DNA of 64,000 bases. Source: Octopus vulgaris (Eukaryota). The DNA lies in contig OX597838.1 in NCBI GenBank assembly GCA_951406725.2, positions 33,046,001-33,110,000 on the forward strand, in the 5' to 3' direction. The notes under the pieces were generated by a model. It did not search any database, was not told the origin of the DNA, and saw nothing but the letters and a program-made list of their open reading frames with translations. Position numbers and translations under genes: made by a program. Below, piece after piece: positions 1-13,667 of the stretch; position 1 is the stretch's first letter; every line of letters starts with the position of its first letter.

Positions 1-2085
1 ATTTGGGCATTTGATGCAGTAAATTAAATTTCTGCTTTTGCAGTTCATATTCGCGTTTGTGAATATTTTCCCGGTTTTTGTGTTTATATATTGACCGGTA
101 TGTATGAATTGGCATGTGCCACATCGGCTATCATTGCATTTAGATACCGTGAATGTTTGGTCTTTGTTGCTGAGGTCAAATTTTGCCTTTGTTAGTAATG
201 TTTTCAAGTTTTTAGGCTGTCTTTTACTAAGCACCATAGCTCGATCCTTGATTATGTCTTTTAATTCATTACTTTGGGCAATGATTGGTAGGTTTGCTTT
301 GGCAATGTTGAAGATATTCTGGTGACATGGGTTGTGTGTCACTATGAATGGTATGACTTGTTCTTGTTTTCCTCTTCCTTGGGTTGTCCTAAGTTGTTGT
401 ATAGGTATTTTTATAGCCCGCTGTATGCCATTTTCTATAAGTAGAGATGGGTATTTTTGTTTGAGCAAAAATTCTCTTAGTTCTATTAGGCGTTTGTTCC
501 TGATATTTGCATCTTCTACAATAGTACAAATTCTTCTGGCTAGGCAGTATGGGATGTTACGTTTTGTATGTGGTGGATGGCACGACTTAAAATTTAGGTA
601 TTGATGTGTGTCTGTGTGTTTATAGTATATATCTGTGGTGATGGTGGTGTCTTTTTTAATTACCATTATATCCAGGAATGGTAATTTGGTACTACTCATC
701 TCCTTTGTAAATTTGAGAGATGGGTGTAGGTTGTTCAGGAGGATATTGAACTCTTCCAGAGTATTTAGAGATTCTGTCCAGATTATGAAACAGTCGTCTA
801 GGTATCTCTTCCATGCCTTTTCAATATACTTTCTAAATCCAGTGCCATAGTTTACCTCCACCTCTTGGTAGAGTTGTTCTTCTAAGTATCCCATTACAGA
901 GTTGGCGTAAACGGGAGCAAACCTCGTTCCCATCGCCGTGCCTCTAATTTGGATGTAATTCTTTCCATTGAAGAAGAATGTGTTATTTTCTAGAATAAGT
1001 TTGACTGTGTCTAATATAAATGGCACTGTGAATCTGCTGGGAATCACTTCTCTATGTTTTTCTAACCAGTATTTAATCGCCTTTATTCCTAAATCGTGTG
1101 GAATATTGGTGTAGAGGCTTACCACATCAAAACTTAGTAAAACTGAATTTGTTTCTGTTGTTTTGGGAAGATGGGACAGGAAGTCGATGTCATCCCTGAT
1201 GAAACTTGGTATGTAAGTACATAGTGGTTTCAAAACAATGTCAATAAAATTGCTTAGACGGTGTGTAGGGCATGCTGGACCAGCTATAATAGGTCTAAGT
1301 TTTAGGTCTTTTGGATGTAATAATTTTATGTACTCACTTTCTTGTTCTTTTACTGCCTGTTGAATGTTTTTTGATTTGTGTATTTTTGGTAAGCCGTAGA
1401 AGTTGCTGGGTTTTGGTTCAAAATTGGTGATGTAGTCTTTTTCATTATCCGTAAGTGAGTTGTGGTGTGTTGAAATCAGGTTGTTGATCTTTTTCATGAT
1501 GTGGTGGTCTATATTTGCGGGTATTTCACAATAGAAGGTTGTATCCTTCAGTTGGTCTTCAACCAAATCCTTATAGTATTCGGTATCCATAATAACAATT
1601 GCACCACCTTTATCTGCTTGTTTAATTATTATTGTTTGATCGTTTTGTATACGTTTACATGCAGACATCTCTGATTTGCTAATGTTTGGCCTAACATTGG
1701 TATTGCGTCTAAGGGGAAATTTAGACAGGATATCAATGTATTGGTCAAGGTAGTTATTTCTTCCTTTTGGTGGGGTGAAATTTGATTTATTCCTTACTAG
1801 GGATTCATCAATCTCATTACTTTTGTTAGCGAAGAATTCTACAAGTCGTAATTTTCGACAGAATTTTTGGATATCCTCCTTTAATTCTTGGTGGTTGGCT
1901 GTTGGTGTAGGTGTGAATTTCAGTCCTTTTGACAGAAGTTGGATTTCATCATTGTCAAGATCTCTTTTTGATAAATTAATTATTTTAGGATTTATACGTT
2001 CAGTTGTTTGGGGTATGTTTCCTCTTGGATTTTTTCTTTCTCCGGTGTTTGTTGTCCTGACGTAAAAAAATGGATTTTTTTCTGG
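1..2085 (-). CDS. PLE reverse transcriptase / GIY-YIG endonuclease polyprotein (ORF2, about 695 codons, 3'-partial, no ATG before the conserved N-terminal motif)
   Basis: Motifs translated by hand: IINLSKRDLDNDEIQLLSKGLKFTPTP (~1910-1985), KQADKGGAIVIMD (~1585-1625), FYGLPKIHK (~1375-1402), FDVVSLYTNIP (~1100-1132), QIRGTAMG (~928-952), WKRYLDD (~793-813), CNDSRCGTC...MNCKSRNLIYCIKCPN (1-140, start of GIY-YIG). The frame at 2085 and the frame at position 1 coincide. It is absent from the ORF track, consistent with no stop inside the window. Confidence 0.93.
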
Positions 2086-3095
2086 TTATGATTTATATTC
2101 CTGTTGGTGTTTGCTTGATGAATTTTGCGTTTTGGTTGTGGTACTTTACTTGGTTTCGTTATGTTTTCTGTCTTGTTTTTGGTATTATGTATGCTACTTT
2201 TCAATTTCTTGTTAGCATTGTTTTTAACCACCTGGAGAAATGATCTGGGTTTACTTCTAGATCTAGATCGGTTTTTTGTCCAGTTTCTTGTGGGTAATCT
2301 CTGTTGAGGTCTTGAAAATGATCTCCTGTTATTTCTACTGCTAATGGTCTGTTCAAAACAATATCTATTTTGTTTGTGCTTTTTGTTCATGTTGTGTGCA
2401 TTAGGGTGTTTGCATACAAAATGGGAAGAGTTCTTACCGTAGTTCGTCTTCGATTCGTGGTGAAACGGGTGTTCATGTTGCCACGTGTTCTGGTGTATGT
2501 TGCGTTGGTGAGGTTGTCCATTTTTAATGCTATTTCTCGGAGTTCTGGTGTCTTTACCGTAATTTGTAGCATATTTATCGAGAAATAATTGTTTCCGCTG
2601 CCAAAACTTTCTTGATCTTCTTTCTTCTTTTGAGATATCTCTGATCCATAGTTCTCGCATTTTTTCTGCTATATTGCCGGTCGTTAGTTTGGATATTTCA
2701 TCTCTGATTTGATCATCGATAGCTTCGTATTTGGCTTTGTAGCGGGATTGTTTAGACAGGGTAATGGAGATGTCGGTCCTGAATTTTATCAAACTAAGGT
2801 CCCATCGAAGTTTAGTTTCTTCCTCTGGTTCTCCTGCAATTTCTTTAATTAGGTACTTCCGAGGAAGTATGGGTGCCGCTAAAGATATCCATTTCGAATG
2901 TATTTCAGCATATTTTTCGCATTTATATGCCTTCCAGAAGTTTTGTTTTCTTATGTTAAGGAGTTTTTTCCATGTCTTCTGTATCTCTTCTCTTTTTCGG
3001 TGTGCCTCTTTTTCCAGATTTCTTTCGTTTATTTCTGACATCCAAGGAGGTTGTGGTAGGCTTTCTCTTGTAGATTTTATAATTGTTGGTATCAT
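1992..3095 (-). CDS. PLE upstream ORF1 (367 aa from the ATG; frame stays open to about 3212), basic, probably coiled-coil, with an RS-rich patch
   Basis: Non-repetitive 367-aa ORF directly upstream of the RT frame and overlapping it by about 94 nt. K/R/E-rich helical N-terminal half; RSRSRSKPRS motif. Confidence 0.75.
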   Translation of the reverse strand: MIPTIIKSTRESLPQPPWMSEINERNLEKEAHRKREEIQKTWKKLLNIRKQNFWKAYKCEKYAEIHSKWISLAAPILPRKYLIKEIAGEPEEETKLRWDLSLIKFRTDISITLSKQSRYKAKYEAIDDQIRDEISKLTTGNIAEKMRELWIRDISKEERRSRKFWQRKQLFLDKYATNYGKDTRTPRNSIKNGQPHQRNIHQNTWQHEHPFHHESKTNYGKNSSHFVCKHPNAHNMNKKHKQNRYCFEQTISSRNNRRSFSRPQQRLPTRNWTKNRSRSRSKPRSFLQVVKNNANKKLKSSIHNTKNKTENITKPSKVPQPKRKIHQANTNRNINHNQKKIHFFTSGQQTPEKEKIQEETYPKQLNV

Positions 3096-3248
3096 TTCAG
3101 CTAAATTCTTAATTTCAGAGTTTATGTGTTCATTTCCAAGTTTTCCGTCTGTAGACTGTTTTTCTATTTCCTTTAAAATAGAGGATTGTGTGTCAATTAT
3201 TAATATATTCTTCTATACACAATCACACACACCCATATATATATATAT

Positions 3249-3291
<43 letters not shown>

Positions 3292-3413
3292 TATATATAG
3301 ATAGTTTGATAGTTATAGAAATAGATAGATGGATATATATATGGGTAGATACATAGGGTATATATATTCATATATATATGCATACGTCAATTTATATACT
3401 ATACATACATACA

Positions 3414-3492
<79 letters not shown>

Positions 3493-4164
3493 GTATATAT
3501 ACATATATGCACTCACACACATACGTTTATACTTACATACTTGCAACACATAGACATACATACATACATACATACATACATACATACATACATACATACA
3601 TACATACATACATACACACACACACATACATACGCATAAATGGCGGTGCCTCAATTCTTCTTCCCTTGAGGAAGTTTTTAAAAAATCTTTTCGTAAGATC
3701 CTGGAAGCAGTCTTCAAGGAATAGAAATAAATGGTGTGAGCAAACTTCCTACCAAAATATGGAAATACTGTCAGTCGTTATTGCACTTACGAGAAGGAAG
3801 AGACAGTCACGTGACAAGTGTAACTTGGTCACGTGACAAGTGTAACTATTCGCAAAACATAGATGGCGCAAGTCGATACTGTTGATGCAGGTTTTCAGTG
3901 GTTTCGAAGTCCTGAGGTCGATTTGCTCGACTAAAAAGGTGGTGCTCCAGCGTGGCCACAGTAATAGTCCGTTATGTTAACCTACATTAGAAGTTATGAC
4001 TGTTCCTGACTGAGAATAATGAGTCATCGTGATTATTGAATGAAACCATTTTGTAATTGTTAGCATCATTTCGCATCGTTTAGTTTTAACGAACCTCACT
4101 TAAAATAGCTTTTCTTCATGGCTTAGTTACGTAGCAGAGGTCACGGTTGCGCACCGCCATTGAG

Positions 4165-4202
<38 letters not shown>

Positions 4203-4204
4203 TA

Positions 4205-4400
4205 ATATATGTTTTCCTGTCGTGTTATAATAAAACACAGTTTTACATTAAACTGACGGAATAATCGGTGCTTTTTATTTAGAGCGCATATTGTTCCTCT
4301 ACAAGAACTGTGTTATAAGAGACTCCCTCAGCATTTCCGATGAAGGCTAAGCAGGTTGAAACTTCGAAGGTCGCTACTGTTAACATCATTCTTGTAGAAA
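4205..4400 (+). mobile_element. PLE pseudo-LTR-like remnant with a degenerate hammerhead motif
   Basis: CCGATGA-AGGCT-AAGC-AGGTT-GAAA-CTTCGAAG(palindrome)-GTC at 4337-4372. The core has U4C and stem I is weak. Confidence 0.4.
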
Positions 4401-4401
4401 T

Positions 4402-4869
<468 letters not shown>

Positions 4870-5200
4870 GGTATTTCGTCTGCCATTACGTCCTGAGTTC
4901 AAATTCCGCCAAGCTCGACTTTGCTTTTCATCCTTTCGGGGTCGATTAAATAAGTACCAGTTACGCACTGGGGTCGATATAATCGACTTAACCCGTTTGT
5001 CCTCTCTGTGTTTTAGCCCCTTGTGGGTAGTAAACAAATAGGTACTTCGTCCGTCTTTACGTACTGAATTCGAATTCAGCCGAGGTCGACTTTGCCCTTT
5101 ATACGTACGGGTCGATAAAATAGGTACCAGTTGAACACTCGGGTCGATGTAATCGACTTTCACCTCCTCTAAAATCCCTGGCCTTGCATCAAAGTTTGAT
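4870..5200 (+). mobile_element. Two head-less tandem copies of SINE family B
   Basis: Repeated body GAGTTCAAATTCCGCCGAGGTCGACTTTGCCTTTCATCCTTTCGGGGTCGATAAA; junction at 5040/5041. Confidence 0.8.
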
Positions 5201-5567
5201 TCCCATATGCAAAACAGCTCTCTCTAGACAATCATTCGTCTTCTATACCATCATTCATGGAGATCAACGTAAATCGTCACTCATACCACTCACATAATAC
5301 ATCAGTCACTTCTGCAATTCCCCTCTGCAAAAATTTCCTCAAAATCTCCCAACCATTTTTGCTGTCAAGACTACGTTCAACCTCTTTCACAATTTAGTCC
5401 CAAATAATGGCGACCGCACCTACATAACACACCCTCTCTCTCCCCCTCTCTCCCTCTCTCTTTCCCCCCTCTCTCTCTCTCTCCACACCCACCCACCATT
5501 AAGCCCTTCCTTTCTTTTATCTTTTCACACCATTAAGCTCTCTCTCTATCTTTTCACACCATTAAGT

Positions 5568-5598
<31 letters not shown>

Positions 5599-5683
5599 AT
5601 TTATCCATCACTTCGTACCTTTAATCTCTCTCTCTCTCTCTTCCTATCTCTTCAGACCATTAATCTGCCTCTCTCTCTCTCTT

Positions 5684-5716
<33 letters not shown>

Positions 5717-6760
5717 GTCATCTGGATGTCATTAATAAAAAGAACTTCAACTTCCTCATTCTTCTTATTAAGCTTCTCTCTGTCCTTCATTTTTTCTTCA
5801 AATGTATCAACTACCTCTGCTCCATTTACCTCCTTTTCTTCTTCTTCTTCTTCTTCTTCTTCTTCTTCTTCTTCTTCTTCTTCTTCTTCTTCTTCTTCTT
5901 CTTCGTTTTCTTCTTCTTCTTCTTCTTCTTCTTCTTCTTCTTCTTCGTCTTCTTCATCTTCTTCTTTTTCTTCGTCTTCTTCTTCTTCTTCTTCTTCTTC
6001 TTCTTCTTCTTCTTCTTCCCTTTTCTTTTTTTTCTTCTTCTTCTTCTTCGTCTTCTCCTCCTCCTTTTCTTCTTCTTCTTCTTCTTCTTCTTCTTCTTCT
6101 CCTCCTTTTCTCCTCCTCCTCCTCCTCCTCCTCCAATTCCACCCACAGCTCTGCCTGATGAGACAATCAATGATGGAGCCTCACGATGGTCGCTTAAAAC
6201 TCGTTCCGCTACTAGAAACAGCAGCCAAATTACCTCCCCACACCTCACATGAAAGGACAACACCTTAAAACCTATAAATTCAGCAACAAGGAACAACAAC
6301 AACAACAACAACAAAGAAAAAACCCCACAAAAGACTGAACCCTTAAAAAGGTCTCCGAGGGCTAGTGCATCCAAGCCCACAAATACACAAGCATATTTAC
6401 AAGCAGTCACATAGGTGAACACACACACACACACGCACACATCCACGCACGCAACCACAAACCTCTCGTTTTCTTCTGAGCAAACACACACCTACACACG
6501 CACACGTACATACAAACACACATACACAAACACAAAACCAATTCTCAGACAGACGCAAAGCACATCTTTGAGTGAGAGAAGTCCCCGAGTCACTGAAAAG
6601 GTTGCGAACGGCGACGAAAGAATTTTGACTAACAAACAACTGAATGATTGTTTAATCGAACACATCAATAAACGATCGATCAAAGTTAATTGACTAGATA
6701 TTTAACCAATTGGCTAATAATAACGAAGTGAAATTGAACCTGTGCGTGTGTTGTTATTAT

Positions 6761-7520
6761 TATTATTGGCGCAAAGAAAGGCGGCGAGCTGGCAGAAACG
6801 TTAGCACGCCGGGCGAAATGCTTTGCGGTATTTCGTCCGCCACTGCGTTCTGAGTTCAAATTCCGCCGAGGTCGACTTTGCCTTTCATCCTTTCGGGGTC
6901 GATAAATTAAGTACCAGTGACGCACTGGGGTCGATGTAATCGACTTAATCCGTTTGTCTGTCCTTGTTTGTACCCTCTGTGTTTAGCCCCTTGTGGGTAG
7001 TAAAGAAATATATTATTGGCGCAAAGAAAGCGGCGGGGTGGCAGAATCGATAGTACGCCGGGCAAAATTCTTAGCGACATTTCGTCTGTCTTTACGTTCT
7101 GAGTTCAAATTCCGCCGAGGACGACTGTGCCTTTTATCCTTTCGGAGTCGATAAATTAAGTACCGATTGCGTACTGGCCCCCTCTCCCAAAATGTCGGGC
7201 CTTCTGCCTAGAGCAGAAAAGAATGGATAGTAAGCCGGGCAAAATGCGTAGGGGCGTTTCGTCTGTCTTTACGTTCTGAGTTCAAATTCCGCCGAGGTCG
7301 ACTTTGCCTTTTATCCTTTCGGGGTCGATAAATTAAGTACCGATTGCTTACATGGCCCCCTCCCCCAAAATTTCGGGCCTTCTGCCAAGAGTAGAAAAGA
7401 ATGGATAGTACGCCGGGCAAAATGCGTAGGGGCATTTCGTCTGTCTTTACGTTCTGAGTTCAAATTCCGCCGAGGTCGACTTTGTCTTTCATCTTTACGG
7501 GGCCAGTAAAATAAGAACTG
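6761..7520 (+). mobile_element. Cluster of four SINE family B copies; the first is flanked by a 20-bp target-site duplication
   Basis: TATTATTGGCGCAAAGAAAG at 6761-6780 and 7011-7030, followed by three tandem units of about 178 bp with a second tail type (GGCCCCCTCCCCCAAAATTTCGGGCCTT...AGAAAAGAAT). Confidence 0.85.
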
Positions 7521-7659
7521 GGGCCGATGCAATCATTTCTACTAAAGGCACAAGACATGAAATTTTATGGGAGGGAACTAGTCGATTACATTGCCCCCAG
7601 TGTTTCACTGGTACTTAATTGCAATAATAAAAAAATTGCAATAATAATAAAAAAATGTT

Positions 7660-7903
7660 CCTTCTCGAGCCATGCCAGGTTCATAAGGGCCGGTTTCCCA
7701 GTTTCAGTAGTGTAGAAATTCCCCGCTTGGACGGGACGCCGATCCGTCGCAGGATTACTCATTTTTGCCAGCTGAGTTGATTGGAGCAACGTGAAATGAA
7801 GAGTTTTGCTCAAAAATACAACGCATCGCCCAGTCCAGGAATCAAAACCACAACCTTATGATCATGAGTTCAACACACTAACCACTAAACCACGCGCCTC
7901 CAC
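7660..7903 (-). mobile_element. tRNA-derived SINE (family C)
   Basis: The minus strand starts GGAGGCGCGTGGTTTAGTGGTTAG...GTGGTTTTGATTCC (A/B boxes). A related decayed copy lies at about 42480-42680. Confidence 0.7.
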
Positions 7904-8022
7904 AAATTGCGATAATACTGATTTAAAATATTTACACAGATTTTTTTCCCTTTCCTGAAGTATGGATACGTATTTTTGGCGGACTCTGTTCATATACATC
8001 TATATATTCTTTCATTCTAATA

Positions 8023-8208
8023 TTCTTTTATTTGTTTCAGTCATTTGACTGCAGCCATGCTGGAGCACAGCCTTTAGTCGAACAAACCGATCCCAGGACT
8101 TATTCTTTGCATGCCTAGTACTTATGCTGTCGGTGTCTTGGGCCGAACCACTAAGTTACGGGGAAGTAAACACATCAACGTCGGTTGTCAAACGATGGAG
8201 GGGGGACC

Positions 8209-8304
<96 letters not shown>

Positions 8305-8440
8305 CACGATGGGCCTCTTTCAGTTTCCGTCTACCAAATCCACTCACAAGGCTTTGGTCGGCCCGAGGCTATAGTAGAAGGCACTTGCCCAAGGTGCCAC
8401 GCAGTGGGACTGAACCCGGAATCATGTGGTTGGGGAAGCA
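8023..8440 (-). mobile_element. SINE family A
   Basis: Reverse complement of the family A head, internal (CA)n, and tail ending GACTGAAACAAATAAAAGAAT. Confidence 0.85.
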
Positions 8441-8486
8441 AACTTCTCTCTCTCTCTCTCTCTCTCTTTCTCTATGTATGTATGTG

Positions 8487-8517
<31 letters not shown>

Positions 8518-8548
8518 GTATATATATATAAATATGTATATATATATG

Positions 8549-8642
<94 letters not shown>

Positions 8643-8691
8643 AATATGTATATATATATGTATATATATATATACTATATATATATATACA

Positions 8692-8761
<70 letters not shown>

Positions 8762-8788
8762 TAAATATGTATATATATATATGTATGT

Positions 8789-8835
<47 letters not shown>

Positions 8836-8849
8836 GTATATATATATAA

Positions 8850-8945
<96 letters not shown>

Positions 8946-8976
8946 ATTTATATATATATATATATATACATATCTG

Positions 8977-9165
8977 ATAGGGGGTGGAGGTGGCGATACC
9001 TGCTGTACTCTTTCGCCACAACTTTTCTCTCACTCTTTCTTCTGTTGGCCTGCTCGCTTAGCCAGCGGGGTGGCGTCATTTGAAGGCTAAAATAATGCAA
9101 AGCGCATTGTGACCAGCGATGTGTAGCAATATCTGGTGGTCTGGTCGGTCACGTGATCACGTGAT
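8977..9165 (+). mobile_element. 3' portion of SINE family D with a (CACGTGAT)2 tail
   Basis: 8977-9045 aligns with the middle of the tRNA-headed element at 59625-59690. It ends in tandem CACGTGAT. Confidence 0.6.
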
Positions 9166-9176
9166 ATATGTATATG

Positions 9177-9208
<32 letters not shown>

Positions 9209-9226
9209 TGTATGTATGTATGTATC

Positions 9227-9277
<51 letters not shown>

Positions 9278-9316
9278 CTATATGACCGAACGCACGCGTT
9301 ATTTCTCTTCTCCAAG

Positions 9317-9384
<68 letters not shown>

Positions 9385-9483
9385 TACCAAGCATTCTTTT
9401 CGATGTTTGTTTAATATACAATAACAATGAAGGCAGGGGACATATATTATATATTTATGTATACAAGCATGCATGCATGCATG

Positions 9484-9517
<34 letters not shown>

Positions 9518-9688
9518 TGTATGTATGTATGTATGTATGTATGTATGTATGTACCACACTCCCTGAAAATGTACTCTCAGATGGAATGCCCTTCCTCTTG
9601 TCTAGAAAATTCATGTACCGCAACAATGGTGTCATGGTATATATACACACATACATACATACATACATACATACATACATACATACAT

Positions 9689-9719
<31 letters not shown>

Positions 9720-10437
9720 TACATACATACATACATACATACACACATACATTCATACATACATACATACATACATACATACATACATACATACATACAT
9801 ACATACATACATACATACATACATACATACATACATACATAGACATACACACACACCGCAAATGTAATTACGGAGACAATGTCCTTCTTGTCTCAAAACC
9901 GACATTTTTTTTTGTTGTCACCAGTTGAGAATTTCCAAGTTGTTGTTGTTGCCGTTGTTGTTGTTGTTGTTGTTCATGTTTTTCTTAAACCCGAGTCGTT
10001 TTTGATCGCTGGGGTCTGATCCAACCGTCTTTCAATTTCATATTTTAACCCCCTTTTTTTTTACGCTATTTAAAAAAAAACAATCTTTCTGTCTTTTACT
10101 TGTTTCACTCATTGGACTGCGTCCATGCTGGAGCACTGCCTTCAAGGATTTAGTCGAAAAATTCGCCGCCCCACCACCACTACCACTCCAGTACATAATT
10201 TTAACCCAGCTCCAGATGTCATGCTGCGAGAACTGAACCTAGATCTACAGTTTAGTGTGTGTGGGTGGGTGTGGGGAGGGGGCGGGGCTTGTTCGAGTAA
10301 AACTCATTAAGTAGGTGCTCCTGAAACAGGTGAAACAGAGAAATAATAAATTGATAAATAAATAAAAACTAACCATCACAGAGAATTAGCGGCGTTTGGA
10401 TGAAAATATGTATAAAGATTAATAGATAGATAGATGG

Positions 10438-10564
<127 letters not shown>

Positions 10565-10809
10565 TAGATAGATATAGATAGATAGATAGACACATAGAAA
10601 GAAAGAAAGAAAGATAGATAGATGGATAGATAGATAGATAGATTGGTTTGGTAGGTAGGTAGGTAGATAGATAGATAGGCAGACAAACAGAAGGACAGAG
10701 AGAGAGAGAGAGATAAATGGACAGGCAGTCAGACAGGCAGGCAGGCAGACAGACAGGCAGGCAGGCAGACAGACAGATAGATAGACAGATAGATAAACAG
10801 ACATGATAG

Positions 10810-10992
10810 ATCGTTAGCCACTATATACATTTTTTCTCTGCTTGTTTCTCTCCTTGTTTTTTTCTGTCTCTTTCTGTAGAAGAGCGTAGGCTCGAAACGT
10901 AAAAGACTTTTTCTGTTCCTCAGTGTTATACTAATACATCTGTTTGTTTTGTACACCACCTGACTTCGTCTTTTTTTCGTAAACTCTCCCTT
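10810..10992 (+). mobile_element. Short (~180 bp) hammerhead-bearing repeat (PLE pseudo-LTR / non-autonomous family H1)
   Basis: TCTTT-CTGTAGA-A-GAGC-GTAG-GCTC-GAAAC-GTA-AAAGA at 10869-10906. Homologous copies at 21030-21212 (+) and 31735-32056 (-, two in tandem). Confidence 0.75.
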
Positions 10993-11046
<54 letters not shown>

Positions 11047-11240
11047 CAGATAGATAGATAGATAGAAAGACAGGAAGACTGCTAGATAGATAGACAGGTA
11101 GATAGATAGATGATTTTCTTATGTTTTCTTAGTCTCTAGAACAATACTATGTGCAAAACCAAATATATGACACCCTAGACATAATATTAGTTTCTGTTTT
11201 TAGATTCCACATTTTATGTTTCCCCATTTTGTTTTCCACA

Positions 11241-11650
11241 TTTTATGATTCAGAGCCACCATGAGATAGAGAATAGAAAGCCGGACATCGTCTTAATTGA
11301 GAAAGAAAAAAAAAAAACGATGCTAGATCATAGACATAGCATGCCCAGCTGACAACAAGGTATGCGATAAAGAAGAGAGATATGACAGGTTAGCTTGGGA
11401 AGTTAAGCAGTTGTGGTCGATGAAAAAGGTAACAGCAGTATCAAAATTTGTCGGAGCCCTGGGAACAGTGAGCAAAAGTCTCGAGAAGTACGTGGAACAA
11501 ATAGGGGCTGCATTAAGGGTGGAGCACTTGCAGAAAACAGCACTGCTTGGAACTGCTTGAATACTCCAGAAGGTGCTCGAAACATAAGAGGTGTTACCTT
11601 AGTTCACTGGTAGCCAACAGCATCTCCAGCGTTAGAAGCTGTGTAAAGGC
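11241..11650 (+). pseudogene. 3' fragment of an R4/Dong-type (restriction-like endonuclease) non-LTR retrotransposon
   Basis: Interrupted translation IENRKPDIVLIEK...IIDIACPADNKV...LAWEVKQLW...VGALGTVSK...LQKTALLGTA*ILQKVL, followed directly by an (AAC/AAT)n tract. The 3' end recurs inverted at 15901-15937. Confidence 0.8.
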
Positions 11651-11704
11651 AACAACAACGACGACAACAACAACAACAACAATAATAATAGTAACAACAA
11701 CAAC

Positions 11705-11736
<32 letters not shown>

Positions 11737-11800
11737 CAACAACAATAATAATAATAATAATAACATTAACAATAACAATAATAATAACAATAATAATAAC

Positions 11801-11835
<35 letters not shown>

Positions 11836-11974
11836 TAATAATAATAACAACAACAACAACAATAATAATAATAATAGTAACAACAACAACAACAATGATA
11901 ATAATAACAACAACAACAACAATAATAATAATAATAATAACATTAACAATAACAATAATAATAACAATAATAAC

Positions 11975-12021
<47 letters not shown>

Positions 12022-12227
12022 GAAGAAGAAGAAGAAGAAGAAGAATCTTTATATCGTTGTACGAAACGATCGTCTGCATGAATTAAAACTCCCTTATATA
12101 TTTTAACATCTTCTCTTCTCCATTTTTAACAAAACTGTTGAGTTTTATGGAATTTCTTTCCATAAAACTCAACACACCATAGACAAGTACATACACACAC
12201 ACACACCCACACACACATACACACACA

Positions 12228-12301
<74 letters not shown>

Positions 12302-12317
12302 CAGCTTCAAATATATA

Positions 12318-12880
12318 GGCGCAGGAGTGGCTGTGTGGTTCCGGGTTCAATCCCACTGCGTGGCACCTTGGGCAAGTGACTTCAACTATAGCCTCGGGCC
12401 GACCAAAGCCTTGTGAGTAGATTTGGTAGACGGAAACTGAAAGAAGCCTGTCGTATATATGTATATATATATATGTGTGTGCGTGTGTGTTTGTGTGTTT
12501 GTGTTTGTCCCCCTAGCATTGCTTGACATCCGATGCTGGTGTGTTTATGTCCCCGTTACTTGGCGGTTCGGCAAAAGAGACCGATAGAATAAGTACTGGG
12601 CTTACAAAAAGAATAAGTCCCGGGGTCGAGTTGCTCGATTAAAGGCGGTGCTCCAGCATGGCCGCAGGCAAATGACTGAAACAAGTAAAAGAGTAAAGAG
12701 TAAAGAGTATATGTACAACAGGTTTCTTTCAGTTTCCACAAAACAAATCCATTGGCAAGGCTTTGGTCGAGCCCCGAAGCTATAGTAGAAGACACCTTCC
12801 CAAGGTATCAGGCATGGGACTGAACTCAAAACAAAACGGTTGAGAAGCCAGCTTCTTACCACACGGCCACGCCTGCTCCT
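12318..12880. mobile_element. Full SINE family A (+, 12318-12707) followed by an inverted, older family A head (-, about 12720-12880)
   Basis: Direct match to the family A consensus on both strands. Confidence 0.8.
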
Positions 12881-13594
12881 CTAGTTGCCAATATACATAA
12901 CAGCATCGAATGAATGCCAGACGGTGATGGTTTATTTTTATTTACCCATCAAACATCTAACCTCCAACACAATGACTTGTACCCTTCTCAATTAGCAAAC
13001 CAGGCCTCATTCACCCACCCCAAATGCACCCATCACTACTCCACTCGTCGCCACTTACCTTTAATTAAACCCCCCCATCCCTTTCGTCTTGTTCTGTATC
13101 CTATAATCTTCCCCTAACAATCTCCTACCAGTCCCCAAATGTCCCACAGCTGCCATTCCCTGAAATGGTCTCCCGCCCATTTTGTGGGTTTTTTTTTTTG
13201 TTTTTGTTTTTGCTTTCCTGTTGGGATCAACCATCAGAAGTTCAAACTGAACATCAACCGCATCGATTTCACGAGAGAGGGACCATAAAAGGTCATGGGT
13301 TCTGTCCCTCCTTATCTCGTTAATTAATAAATAACACATTTAGAACATGCAAACCGGTTAATTGACATCTTTTGTTTCCTTGTCTCTCCTTTGTGTGTTC
13401 AGCTGATAGGTGCGCATGCGTGAGTATCAGTGTGTGTGTATGTATTTGTGCCTATGTGTGTTTGTGTGTGTGTGTGAGGATGTGTGCAAGTGCATGTATG
13501 CATGGCTGTAAGTGTGTGTGTTTTAGTGTGTATGTATGTATGCGTGCGTGTATGTAGTATGTATGTACGCATTTCTGCGCAATTTTTGTGTCAG

Positions 13595-13667
<73 letters not shown>

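Larger units (their letters stand above)
1..3212 (-). mobile_element. Penelope-like retroelement (PLE), probably Neptune-type; runs off the left edge of the window; 5' end abuts a (TA)n tract
   Basis: RT and GIY-YIG motifs in one long minus-strand frame, with an upstream basic ORF1. A Cys-rich linker lies between RT and the endonuclease (CNDSRCGTC). The boundary is at the microsatellite starting about 3213. Confidence 0.92.

Noticed and set aside
104-850. Plus-strand ORFs over the PLE
   Set aside because: They are antisense shadows of the RT coding strand.
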